Assembly: GCA_002840365.1 (NCBI GenBank)
Contig: PHAO01000001.1
Coordinates: forward strand, 15,594-79,593
Source: Candidatus Dojkabacteria bacterium HGW-Dojkabacteria-1
GTDB lineage: Bacteria; Patescibacteriota; Dojkabacteria; SC72
DNA length: 64,000 nt
Direction of reading: 5' to 3'
Shown here piece after piece: positions 25,589-34,361 of this stretch. Below the pieces are notes generated by a model that saw only the letters and a list, made by a program, of their open reading frames with translations, had not been told where the DNA came from and searched no databases. The translations under genes were made by a program, and so were the position numbers. The first letter of the stretch is position 1, and each line of letters starts with the position of its first letter.

Positions 25589-25987
25589 TTAGATAACAAA
25601 TGAAGCTATAACAAGTACTAACAATATCCCTACTCCCCAAAAGATATCTAATATATGGAAAAAGTTCAAAAGGACAACAAGAAATATCCCTATGGTTAGT
25701 AAAATTCCGAATTTAACACAATTTGTTTTTACAATATCTGTATTTTCTTTTTTTAGTATTAGTAGTGAAAATGCATATGCAATTAAAGATAGAGCAGATG
25801 AAAGAAAAATAAAGGATCCCATTGTAAATACGGAAATATTTAATAAATCGTAATCCCCTTCTACATTAAAAGGTAAGAATGTTCCAAGTGAGAGTAAATA
25901 CAACAAAATCACAACAGAGAAAACAAGAAGAAAAACTAATGATAAAAGGAATTTAATATTTCTTTCTCTATAAGTTTTCTCTTCCAC
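25589..25987 (-). CDS. Small polytopic membrane protein (about 4 transmembrane helices), hypothetical.
   Basis: It is hydrophobic throughout and co-directional with the upstream gene. Confidence 0.35.
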   Translation of the reverse strand: MEEKTYRERNIKFLLSLVFLLVFSVVILLYLLSLGTFLPFNVEGDYDLLNISVFTMGSFIFLSSALSLIAYAFSLLILKKENTDIVKTNCVKFGILLTIGIFLVVLLNFFHILDIFWGVGILLVLVIASFVI

Positions 25988-26032
25988 TTTGAAAAGTAAT
26001 AATCTAAGAAATTAATTTTAAAGGATATCAAT

Positions 26033-26761
26033 ATGAATATCTTAATTATAGAGAAATCTAAAACTATTTCATACATTTTAAAAAAGAGTTTAATTGCATA
26101 TGGATATAACGTTACAGAAGATAGTGGAAGTTTTAATGTAGAGAATATTGTAAGAAGGAATATATTTGAAATATTAATTTTAGATACAAATATAACAGGT
26201 ACTTTTAATACAATAGATATACTTAAGAAAGTAAAAAGATTTAAAGATATTGAATGTAAGATACTTGGCATATGTAGTACAGGTGGATGGAGGGATAAGG
26301 TAAATTTCTTAAATAATGGTGGAGACGATGTCTTGTCTTACCCATTCCCTATGCAAGAATTAATAGCTAGAATACAATCTCTTCTTAGAAGACCAAAAAG
26401 CTATATTGATAATCAAATATATATTGGAGATGTTGTTTTGGATACTAGAAGTAAAACTGTATCTGAAAAAGAAAAAGATGTTGATTTAAGGAGAAAAGAG
26501 TATGAACTTTTTGAGTATCTTGTTAGGAACAAAAATAGGACTGTAAGTAGATGCGAATTACTAGATCATGTGTGGGACTATAGAAGCTATACTGGTTCAA
26601 ACACTGTTGATGTACATATAAAAAGAATAAGGGATAAAATATCCAATAAAGGAATAATTGAAACTGTACATGGACAGGGTTACAGAATTAAGGATAGAAA
26701 AAATCCTAAAGCATCATTGGCATTACAAGATGTACAAAATCAGGATCATCAGCTATCTTAA
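26033..26761 (+). CDS. OmpR/PhoB-family winged-helix transcriptional regulator with a degenerate (atypical) receiver domain.
   Basis: The C-terminal trans_reg_C domain is present (RKEYELFEYLVRNKNRTVSRCELLDHVWD...TVDVHIKRIRDKI...TVHGQGYRI). In the N-terminal receiver-like domain the acidic pair is replaced (IIEKS), the Asp in ILILDTN is retained, and the conserved Lys is replaced (SYPFP). No histidine kinase is adjacent. Confidence 0.7.
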   Translation: MNILIIEKSKTISYILKKSLIAYGYNVTEDSGSFNVENIVRRNIFEILILDTNITGTFNTIDILKKVKRFKDIECKILGICSTGGWRDKVNFLNNGGDDVLSYPFPMQELIARIQSLLRRPKSYIDNQIYIGDVVLDTRSKTVSEKEKDVDLRRKEYELFEYLVRNKNRTVSRCELLDHVWDYRSYTGSNTVDVHIKRIRDKISNKGIIETVHGQGYRIKDRKNPKASLALQDVQNQDHQLS

Positions 26762-27827
26762 ATACCCCTGGTTTTACTGTTTCACTACATTCAAAGATAA
26801 TATCTTCACTATCTAAATGGTTTAATACATCAGAAAGCAATCTAGAGCTAAATGCTATTTTAAGGGAATCTCCCTCTATATTCCCTTTAAAAGTACTTTT
26901 GTTACTACCTAAATCTGTTTGTGTTGCAGAAAGAGTAACAGAATCACCTTTAGAATCAATATCTAGTATTAACTTATTTCCTAATACACTCTTTGCGATA
27001 ATGTTAGTAATCTTTAAAGAATTAAGAAAATCATTCTTACTTAATTTTGTAAGTGTTTTATAACCAGTAGGAATGATTTGTCTATATTCAGGAAATTGTC
27101 CATCTATCAATCTTGATACTAAATCAATATCTCCATATTTAAACAGTATTTGATTCCTATCTTCAATTAAATATACTTCTATCATATTATCTTCACCTAT
27201 CTCAGTTACAATATGAGCCAATTCTAAAAGAGCTTTAACAGGTACTAAGACATTAACATCCTTTTCAGAATTTACATCCAACTTTACTATTTGTCTTGAA
27301 AGTCTTAATCCATCAGTTCCAACAAAAGAGATACTATCTCCTGAAATTTCTAACAGAATACCTGTTAATACGGGTTTTATATCATCACTAGCTGCAGCAA
27401 ATGCAACCCTATTTACAGCCTTTACTAATAGATCTTTAGGTAGTTTTAATAAAGGTTTATTATCAGTAACAGTAGCTACAGCAGGAAAATCATCTGCAGG
27501 CATGGTGTTTAAACTTGCAAAATTTCCTGTACTTGAGATATTAAAGTTTTGATTATCCAAAGTAACATCAATAACCTCACTTGGAACACTATTTACAAAT
27601 TCTGTTAGCTGTTTTGCAGGTACAGTTATCTTTCCTTCAGATTTAACATCTGCTCCAATCCAAGTATTTAAACCTATCTCTAAATCTGTAGCTGTGATAA
27701 TTAATTTACCTTTACTGCTTTCAAATTGAACATTATTAAGTATTGGTAAACCAGGTTTACTACTTACTACCCTACTAACAATATTTAGATACTTTGCAAA
27801 GGTATCTTGATTACATGTAAATTGCAT
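26706..27827 (-). CDS. dnaN: DNA polymerase III beta subunit (sliding clamp).
   Basis: The N-terminus MQFTCNQDTFAKYLNIVSRVVSSKPGLPILNNVQFES is classic DnaN. It is 373 aa and lies immediately downstream of dnaA. Confidence 0.85.
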   Translation of the reverse strand: MQFTCNQDTFAKYLNIVSRVVSSKPGLPILNNVQFESSKGKLIITATDLEIGLNTWIGADVKSEGKITVPAKQLTEFVNSVPSEVIDVTLDNQNFNISSTGNFASLNTMPADDFPAVATVTDNKPLLKLPKDLLVKAVNRVAFAAASDDIKPVLTGILLEISGDSISFVGTDGLRLSRQIVKLDVNSEKDVNVLVPVKALLELAHIVTEIGEDNMIEVYLIEDRNQILFKYGDIDLVSRLIDGQFPEYRQIIPTGYKTLTKLSKNDFLNSLKITNIIAKSVLGNKLILDIDSKGDSVTLSATQTDLGSNKSTFKGNIEGDSLKIAFSSRLLSDVLNHLDSEDIIFECSETVKPGVFKIADDPDFVHLVMPMML

Positions 27828-28263
27828 TTTATGTCTTTAAAACAAATATTATATATAGGCAGTAGTAACTAGTATATTCTACTTAATCTTAATGTAGTTT
27901 TCTACTCTTTTATTTAATTAATATATTAAGTTGTAATAGTAGTAGAGAGTGTGTATATGTTTATAACCTTCCTATCTTACCTCGATATTACTCCTTGTAA
28001 TAATAGTTTATAACGCCTACTCTATCTGTCGAAAACTTTTAACTACCTTTTTATTAAATATTCTTTAACTGTATTCTTTCTCTTATCTTTTCTCTGTGGA
28101 TTCAAATTGTGTATTCCTAAGGATAACAGGCTATTTATTGTGAATATTAAAAACCTTTAACAAAAGCATTTCTAATTAAAAGGTAGTATCTAAAACAAAT
28201 CTTATTTTGTGGAATACACCCCTGTTATTCGTAAGATACCCACACCTATCCACCACATATACA
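27828..28263. other. dnaA-dnaN intergenic region with several degenerate DnaA boxes. It is a candidate oriC or DnaA-regulatory region.
   Basis: This 436-bp AT-rich spacer contains near-consensus boxes: TGTGGATTC (28096-28104), TGTGGAATA (28209-28217) and cTATCCACc (28247-28255). Confidence 0.45.
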
Positions 28264-29736
28264 CTATTGTTGTGTAATTTCTCTCATACAAAGATCTATT
28301 TTTTCTGCAAAACGACTATCTTTTTCCATTCTTTTGGATATTTGTTTGTAAGCATGTATTACGGTTGTATGATCTTTTCTATTTACCTCTTTTGCCACTC
28401 TCTCAAGAGGTAAATCCAATTCTTTTCTAAGTAGGTACATTGCTACTTGTCTTGCAAGCGCCATATACGAGGTTCTTCTTCCTCCTTTAATATCTGCAAT
28501 AGGAACATCAAAAACATTAGATACAGATTTAATTATCTTTTGAGGAGTAATCTTTATCCTTTTACTTTCAATATCTACATCTAAAATTTTTAAGACATCT
28601 TCTGAGGTTATCTTTTCTCCAAGGAGCATTAATGTAATAACTTTGTTTAAGGATCCTTCTAACTCTCTTACACTACTATCAATATTTTTTGCTATTAAAT
28701 CGATAAACTCCTCTGGCACTTTCGCTCTCTTTTCGAGAACACCCTGTTTCAATATTGCTATTCTTGTTTCATAATCAGGCATTTGTATATCTGCTACCAT
28801 ACCTCCTTCAAATCTAGACCTTAACCTATCAGTTATATTACGTATCTCTTTCGGTGGCCTGTCTGATGCTAGCAAAATCTGTTTGTTTGCATGATATAGA
28901 GTGTTAAATGTATGGAAAAGCTCCTCTTGTGTTTTAGGTAGTGTTTCTACAAACTGAACATCATCAATCATTAATAGGTCTACTTCTCTATACTTTGATC
29001 TAAAATCTTCATTTCTTTTTGTTCTAATAGCTTCAATCATTTCATTAAGGAATTGCTCTATCGAAACATATACAACTTTTTTATCTGGAGATTCTTTTAA
29101 CAATTGATTACCAATTGCTTGCATAAGGTGTGTCTTTCCAACACCAGTATTTCCATAGAAAAAGACGGGATTATATGCTCTACCCAAATCTTTAACTACC
29201 GCATGTGCAACTGCCTCTGCAAGCCTATTATGTGAACCAACTACAAAGGTTTCAAATGTATATTTAGGATTAAGCTTCGAATATGTAAGTGCATCTTGAT
29301 ATTTTTTCTTTTCATTCTCAGAAGCAGAGAAAAGATCTATATTCTGACTACCAGTATTCAGAAACTGATATCTACTCTCTTTCCCCTTTTCCTCTATTGA
29401 AGATTTAATAAAAAAATCGATCTGTAAATTCTGTCCAGTAGCTTTAAGAAGACACCTTTGTAAGAGATTTTTGTAATCGTTTTGTATTAACCCTCTTTTG
29501 AATTCGCTCGTACATGAGAAAGTTGCAACTCCGTTATCTATTCTTTCTAAATATGTATCTGCAAACAAAGATTTATACTCCACCTTATCAAGAACCATTC
29601 TTAGGTTCTCAGAAACAATTTTCCATATATCATCATTATCCATCCTTTCGAAAGACTCTACTCTACCCTCTTCAATATTTGGTTTTGGAATATTCTCCAT
29701 ATATTTTTCAAAGTCTATTTTATCCATACTTAACAA
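28264..29736 (-). CDS. dnaA: Chromosomal replication initiator protein DnaA.
   Basis: It carries the AAA+ Walker A GNTGVGKTHLMQAIGN, the sensor motifs, and a C-terminal DNA-binding domain (…ALARQVAMYLLRKELDLPLERVAKEVNRKDHTTVIHAYKQI). Confidence 0.9.
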   Translation of the reverse strand: MLSMDKIDFEKYMENIPKPNIEEGRVESFERMDNDDIWKIVSENLRMVLDKVEYKSLFADTYLERIDNGVATFSCTSEFKRGLIQNDYKNLLQRCLLKATGQNLQIDFFIKSSIEEKGKESRYQFLNTGSQNIDLFSASENEKKKYQDALTYSKLNPKYTFETFVVGSHNRLAEAVAHAVVKDLGRAYNPVFFYGNTGVGKTHLMQAIGNQLLKESPDKKVVYVSIEQFLNEMIEAIRTKRNEDFRSKYREVDLLMIDDVQFVETLPKTQEELFHTFNTLYHANKQILLASDRPPKEIRNITDRLRSRFEGGMVADIQMPDYETRIAILKQGVLEKRAKVPEEFIDLIAKNIDSSVRELEGSLNKVITLMLLGEKITSEDVLKILDVDIESKRIKITPQKIIKSVSNVFDVPIADIKGGRRTSYMALARQVAMYLLRKELDLPLERVAKEVNRKDHTTVIHAYKQISKRMEKDSRFAEKIDLCMREITQQ

Positions 29737-29821
29737 AGTATATACAATATATAAAGGCAGTTAGGGGGCAGTGCTATGGTCGATTGGGACTGATATTCCA
29801 TTATATTGATTTTCAAAAAAA

Positions 29822-29830
29822 TGTGGATAA
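29822..29830 (+). promoter_or_regulatory. Perfect consensus DnaA box in the dnaA-rpmH intergenic region.
   Basis: TGTGGATAA at 29822-29830 lies within a 242-bp AT-rich spacer. Other partial boxes are nearby. Confidence 0.5.
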
Positions 29831-29978
29831 AGGAATAGGAATATATATTTTAACCTTTCTAAAAGAGACTTTTTTCTGTTACACTTTTTATCTAAGTTAC
29901 TTAGAGCTATTTTTGTCATCTCATGATAATACAAATATTTGCCATATGTATAGATGTTAATATATAATAGGCTCGTTT

Positions 29979-30161
29979 ATGAAAAGAACATATCAACCAA
30001 AAAATTTGAAGAGGATCAAGAAGTTCGGTTTTATGTCAAGAAACAAAACTTCTGCAGGAAAAGCTGTACTCAAAAGAAGAATCAAAAAAGGTAGGAAAAA
30101 TCTTTCTGTAAGTGATGAATACAAAACTTTAAGAAAGAAGCCTACTTCAAGAATTAGGTAG
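29979..30161 (+). CDS. rpmH: 50S ribosomal protein L34 with a short C-terminal extension.
   Basis: MKRTYQPKNLKRIKKFGFMSRNKTSAGKAVLKRRIKKGRKNLSV matches the L34 consensus. About 16 extra C-terminal residues follow. Confidence 0.8.
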   Translation: MKRTYQPKNLKRIKKFGFMSRNKTSAGKAVLKRRIKKGRKNLSVSDEYKTLRKKPTSRIR

Positions 30162-30176
30162 TGTATACTTAAACAT

Positions 30177-30509
30177 ATGCTTCCAAAGAAATACCGATTA
30201 GAACCAAAGAATCTCCAAAAGATTTACAAAGAAGGTAAGAAGTTCCGTGGCGAATATGGAATGCTTGTTGTAAAAGAATTAAATATTAACAATCCCCAAT
30301 TTGCTTTTGTAGTTAGCAAAAAGATTGGAAATGCTGTTCAAAGGCACAAAATGACTAGACTACTAAGACAGATAACTACAGAATTTTTAACAAAGGTCGA
30401 AGATAGTAAATTAGCATCTCAGTATATAGCATTTAAGTATAGTGATAACTATGAAGAACTTAAAAAAGAGTACCTTAAACAGCTTAAGGATGCTTTTAGA
30501 ATTGCCTAA
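30177..30509 (+). CDS. rnpA: Ribonuclease P protein component.
   Basis: It is basic and 110 aa, with an RnpA-like FAFVVSKKIGNAVQRHKMTRLLRQ motif. It lies between rpmH and yidD. Confidence 0.8.
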   Translation: MLPKKYRLEPKNLQKIYKEGKKFRGEYGMLVVKELNINNPQFAFVVSKKIGNAVQRHKMTRLLRQITTEFLTKVEDSKLASQYIAFKYSDNYEELKKEYLKQLKDAFRIA

Positions 30510-30750
30510 AGGATTTGAACTTCTCCTTATTCGTATTTACCAGAAAACTCTCTCACTTGATCACGGATACTTAGGAAAGGTTTATCCTAATCTAAGGGCA
30601 TGTAAATTTTCCCCTACTTGTTCTGAGTATGGGTATGAATCAGTAAAAAGGTTTGGTTTAATTAAGGGTAATTATTTGGCTCTAAAAAGATTCCTAAGAT
30701 GCAATCCTTGGAGCAAACCAGGACAATATGATCCTGTACCTGAAAAATAA
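30490..30750 (+). CDS. yidD: Membrane protein insertion efficiency factor YidD.
   Basis: LLIRIYQKTLSLDHGYLGKVYPNLRACKFSPTCSEYGYESVKRFG matches YidD. The start was moved to the internal Met at 30490 to give the usual ~85-aa length. Confidence 0.75.
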   Translation: MLLELPKGFELLLIRIYQKTLSLDHGYLGKVYPNLRACKFSPTCSEYGYESVKRFGLIKGNYLALKRFLRCNPWSKPGQYDPVPEK

Positions 30751-30759
30751 TTAAGTTTA

Positions 30760-31650
30760 ATGTATAATGCATCAGATTTTTATTATTATTCTTTTATTCG
30801 TATGTTAGCAACCATTTGGAATACTGTTCTTTTTAACCCCGTACTTAATGTAGTAATACTTTTGTATCATTACTTGGGTGATAACCTAGGTTTAGCAATA
30901 TTAGCGATTGCCGTCATTGTAAGAATACTTCTTACACCCTTAGTCAAAAAACAAACAGAGATGACTAAGAAGATGGCAAACCTAAAGCCCGAGTTGGATA
31001 AGCTACAGAAAAAATATGCAAACAACAAAGAGAAGCTTTCTCAAGAGCAGATGAAACTTTACAAAAGAGTTGGGTATAACCCACTTGGTTGTATCGGTAC
31101 TTTTATCCCCCAACTTATTATACTTTCTGTTCTAATCGGGGTTATTAGAGCTGTAACAGATAGCAATCTTGATGGTCTGTATACCTGGGTTAGAGAGTTA
31201 ATAGGTATTAACAATGGGTATATAGTTAACCCTCAATTCCTTTTCTGGGACTTAACGAAATCATACAATGGTATGTCTTCAGAATTTGGTAGATTTGCAG
31301 CAGAGAGCCTACCATATGTTGTGTTAGCTGTTTTGGTAGGTATTGTTCAATATGCTACAACAGCATTTACACAAAAAATGAATGCACCTACTACACCTTC
31401 TAAAAAAGAGAAGAAGAAAGGAGAAACAACCCCAGAAGATATGCAAGCTCAAATGCAAAAATCTATGATGTTTATGTTCCCTCTTATGACAGTATTCTTT
31501 ACTATTAGTATGCCAGCAGCTCTTGGTTGGTATTGGATGATTCAATCTGTTATGTTAGTTGTACAGTATTTCACCTTAGATTTTGATAAGACTAAAAGGG
31601 GAGTACAAAATCTTTGGGATGTTATATTCACTAAAAAGAAAATAAATTAA
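30760..31650 (+). CDS. yidC: Membrane protein insertase YidC (short, Gram-positive-type).
   Basis: LAILAIAVIVRILLTPLVKKQTEMTKKMANLKPELDKLQKKY... matches the YidC/Oxa1 core, with five transmembrane helices. The start may be the Met at 30802. Confidence 0.8.
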   Translation: MYNASDFYYYSFIRMLATIWNTVLFNPVLNVVILLYHYLGDNLGLAILAIAVIVRILLTPLVKKQTEMTKKMANLKPELDKLQKKYANNKEKLSQEQMKLYKRVGYNPLGCIGTFIPQLIILSVLIGVIRAVTDSNLDGLYTWVRELIGINNGYIVNPQFLFWDLTKSYNGMSSEFGRFAAESLPYVVLAVLVGIVQYATTAFTQKMNAPTTPSKKEKKKGETTPEDMQAQMQKSMMFMFPLMTVFFTISMPAALGWYWMIQSVMLVVQYFTLDFDKTKRGVQNLWDVIFTKKKIN

Positions 31651-31664
31651 GGAAAATATTTAAT

Positions 31665-32183
31665 ATGAAAGATATTGTAAAAAAAGAACTAGATACTCTT
31701 CTCGAGCTAATGGGAATAGATGCTCAGTATGAGATAGAGGTTGAGAAAGTTGGAGAAACTTCATACATAAAGATTCTTTTTGATGGAGAGAATTTAGGCT
31801 ACCTTATCGGCGGTCATGGAAAGCACTTAGATTCTTTGCAGTATGTGCTTAGCCTTCTTACTAGGAAGAAATTAGGAGAGGATGATGATTACAGAATAAT
31901 ATTGGATGTTTGTGGGTACAGGAAAGAAAGAGATGAAAAACTAGAGAAGTTTGCTATGCAAAAAGCAGATGATGCAAGAATTCTAGGAGAACCAGTAGAT
32001 CTTCCCCCTATGAAAGCATCAGATAGGAGAGTTGTACATATGGCATTACAGGTATTTGATGATATTAAAACAGAAAGTATAGGAGAAGATAGAGATAGGC
32101 ATATTAGAATTATTCCTACATCTGAAGCAGAAATGGATATTATATCCGAATCTGAAGAAGCAGAAGAAGAAAGTGAGGAATAA
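31665..32183 (+). CDS. jag: Jag/KhpB-like RNA-binding protein with KH and R3H domains.
   Basis: It carries a KH-like GYLIGGHGKHLDSLQYVL and an R3H-like PMKASDRRVVHMALQ. It sits in the conserved position after yidC. Confidence 0.7.
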   Translation: MKDIVKKELDTLLELMGIDAQYEIEVEKVGETSYIKILFDGENLGYLIGGHGKHLDSLQYVLSLLTRKKLGEDDDYRIILDVCGYRKERDEKLEKFAMQKADDARILGEPVDLPPMKASDRRVVHMALQVFDDIKTESIGEDRDRHIRIIPTSEAEMDIISESEEAEEESEE

Positions 32184-32207
32184 AGCATTCTTTGTTAAAA
32201 TGTATTA

Positions 32208-33575
32208 ATGAATACATTTTTAAAAAAGTATTATCTGTATATCCTCTACATACTTCTTGTCTCTATATCAATATTTCTTTGCTTTGAAAATCTCCCTAAG
32301 GGAATCTTTTTAATTATCCTTTTTACTTTTTGGTTTCTGTTTTCCTTAAGAAAGAAGGGGTATTTACCTACCCTACTAACACTGTTTATCCTATTACCAT
32401 TTAATATAACCTTTCAAATACCAGAGAGTATAATACACTCTCAACCATATATTGCAGGCTTTTGGGTTAATTACCTAGTTCCCACCCTCTCTATACTTGA
32501 TGTATTTGTATTACTTCTACTAATACAGCTCTATGTACATAGGAAAAAGATATTTAAAAAGGTACTTTTTGATAAATATATATTAATATTTTTTGCACTT
32601 TTATTAATTCAAAACCTTTTTGTTCAAAATTTTCTAACATTACTACTTTCAATTAGAATCTCTGTCTATTTATTTACCTCTATCATTTTACTTCTATCTA
32701 TAAAACAAGAATTTAAATTGAAAGACCTGTTACAAAATAGATATATAAAATTCACTTTAATATCATCTATTCTTATTCAGGGAAGTATTGGTCTCTACCA
32801 ATTTTTAAAGGGTACATCTGTTGGGCTATACCTCCTTGGAGAATCAAAAATTGTAAGTGGAATGTATGGATCTAGTTATATTGATATTCAAGGAGAAGCA
32901 TTTTTAAGAGCTTATGGTACCTTTCCTCACCCCAATATTTTAGTGGGTTGGTATTTGCTTCTATTTTTCATTTGTATGTACATATATTCAAAAACGAAAG
33001 AAAAAGGTTACCTTTTTTCTATACTATTAATTCTCCTTTTCTCTATCTTCACTTTCTCTCGTTTAACTATTCTTCTTCTCCTTCTTTTTACAATTATTTT
33101 TGTTGTTAAATTAATATCTGAAAGAAAATATATATTCTCAGTATCTTCTCTACTCTTCTATCGATTTTTAAATATCTTTAGTGGGGATGATAACAGTTGG
33201 AGTGATAGGGTTAAACTTCTTAAATTAAATTTAGATATTTTAAAAGAGAACTTTCTTTTGGGTACAGGACTAGGTAGGTCTCTACTCTTCTATGAAAAAG
33301 ATATACCTTTTACTAGTGGAGGGAAGTTGCTACTTCAACCTGTTCATAATATATGGTTACTCAATTTGATTGAGTTTGGGATATTAATTGGTACATACTA
33401 TCTTTTTCTTCTTTACAGATACTTTTTGAGAGGTATTAAAATCAATCTGTTCAAAGTATTAATATTAGTTTCAATATTGGTAATTGGAATGTTTGATCAC
33501 TATCTTTTTACTTTACCTCAGGGCAATCTGCTTTTCTTTTCTTTCTTGATATTACTAACTGACTTAAGACGATAG
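32208..33575 (+). CDS. O-antigen ligase (Wzy_C/WaaL) family polytopic membrane protein.
   Basis: It has about 12 transmembrane helices and a central periplasmic loop ...GEAFLRAYGTFPHPNILVGWYLLLFF resembling the Wzy_C signature (…R..G.F..PN.LA.YL). Confidence 0.55.
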   Translation: MNTFLKKYYLYILYILLVSISIFLCFENLPKGIFLIILFTFWFLFSLRKKGYLPTLLTLFILLPFNITFQIPESIIHSQPYIAGFWVNYLVPTLSILDVFVLLLLIQLYVHRKKIFKKVLFDKYILIFFALLLIQNLFVQNFLTLLLSIRISVYLFTSIILLLSIKQEFKLKDLLQNRYIKFTLISSILIQGSIGLYQFLKGTSVGLYLLGESKIVSGMYGSSYIDIQGEAFLRAYGTFPHPNILVGWYLLLFFICMYIYSKTKEKGYLFSILLILLFSIFTFSRLTILLLLLFTIIFVVKLISERKYIFSVSSLLFYRFLNIFSGDDNSWSDRVKLLKLNLDILKENFLLGTGLGRSLLFYEKDIPFTSGGKLLLQPVHNIWLLNLIEFGILIGTYYLFLLYRYFLRGIKINLFKVLILVSILVIGMFDHYLFTLPQGNLLFFSFLILLTDLRR

Positions 33576-34101
33576 TGGAAAGAAGTGCTAGCCACATTAG
33601 ATACTCTGGATATGCTACATATGAAAGAGAGGTATATATAGAGACAGCAAGAGCGGAAAGATTGAGAATTAAGTATAGGGCAAGTAGTCTCTTAAAGTAT
33701 TTTCTACTGAATGAACGAAGAATTAATAACCTGGTCAAAGGGTATATTAGGATGAAGATTATTGCAAAAATCCAGTGTAGTACTCTATTAAAATCCATTT
33801 CATTTCCTGTTAAAGGGTATATCCCTACCCCTATTAGAGCAAATGCGGAAATAGCATGAAAGTTGTAATATGTTTTTCTTACTTTTTTGTACTTAGGATT
33901 AGTAATTGCATCAAGTCCGCATAGTAATCCTGTTATAATTGCAGATATATTGAAATATGTTCCTGTTCCAAATATCAAAGCATAGTCACTTACGGCATAC
34001 CCTGTTCTTAAATCAAGAAATTCGAAAATGTGAACAGGAAAAGTACCAAGTAAGTAAAGGTTTGAAAGGGTAAAATATATTATTCCAACTATGTCTAACA
34101 T
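33508..34101 (-). CDS. Polytopic membrane protein, hypothetical.
   Basis: The open frame was trimmed to the Met at 34101 because the longer ORF would read through the tRNA-Ser gene. It has about six transmembrane helices. Confidence 0.4.
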   Translation of the reverse strand: MLDIVGIIYFTLSNLYLLGTFPVHIFEFLDLRTGYAVSDYALIFGTGTYFNISAIITGLLCGLDAITNPKYKKVRKTYYNFHAISAFALIGVGIYPLTGNEMDFNRVLHWIFAIIFILIYPLTRLLILRSFSRKYFKRLLALYLILNLSALAVSIYTSLSYVAYPEYLMWLALLSTIVLSQLVISRKKRKADCPEVK

Positions 34102-34141
34102 TGGTATAAAGATATCATTTGACGAAAGAAAATGTAAGTAT

Positions 34142-34229
34142 TGGCGGAGAGAATGGGATTCGAACCCATGGTACATTGCTGTACGCACGCTTTCCAAGCG
34201 TGTCCTTTCGGCCACTCAGGCATCTCTCC
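34142..34229 (-). tRNA. tRNA-Ser (GGA anticodon), type II, with an encoded CCA.
   Basis: The reverse complement is GGAGAGATGCCTGAGTGGCCGAAAGGA-CACGC-TTGGAAA-GCGTG-CGTACAGCAATGTACC-ATGGGTTCGAATCCCAT-TCTCTCC-G-CCA. Confidence 0.8.
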
Positions 34230-34240
34230 CAATCAAAAAC

Positions 34241-34317
34241 TGGCGTACCCGGCCGGAATCGAACCGACAACCTACTGCTTAGAAGGCAATTGCTCTATCC
34301 TATTGAGCTACGGGTAC
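34241..34317 (-). tRNA. tRNA-Arg (UCU anticodon), with an encoded CCA.
   Basis: The reverse complement is GTACCCGTAGCTCAATAGGATAGAGCA-ATTGC-CTTCTAA-GCAGT-AGGTT-GTCGGTTCGATTCCGGC-CGGGTAC-G-CCA. Confidence 0.8.
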
Positions 34318-34361
34318 ATAAAACATGCAATTTTATCAATAAATTGATTGAATTGAAAGCT

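Noticed and set aside
25936-26271. 111-aa minus-strand ORF.
   Set aside because: It overlaps the well-supported plus-strand OmpR-family regulator gene and the upstream membrane protein gene. It is AT-rich low complexity and likely non-coding.
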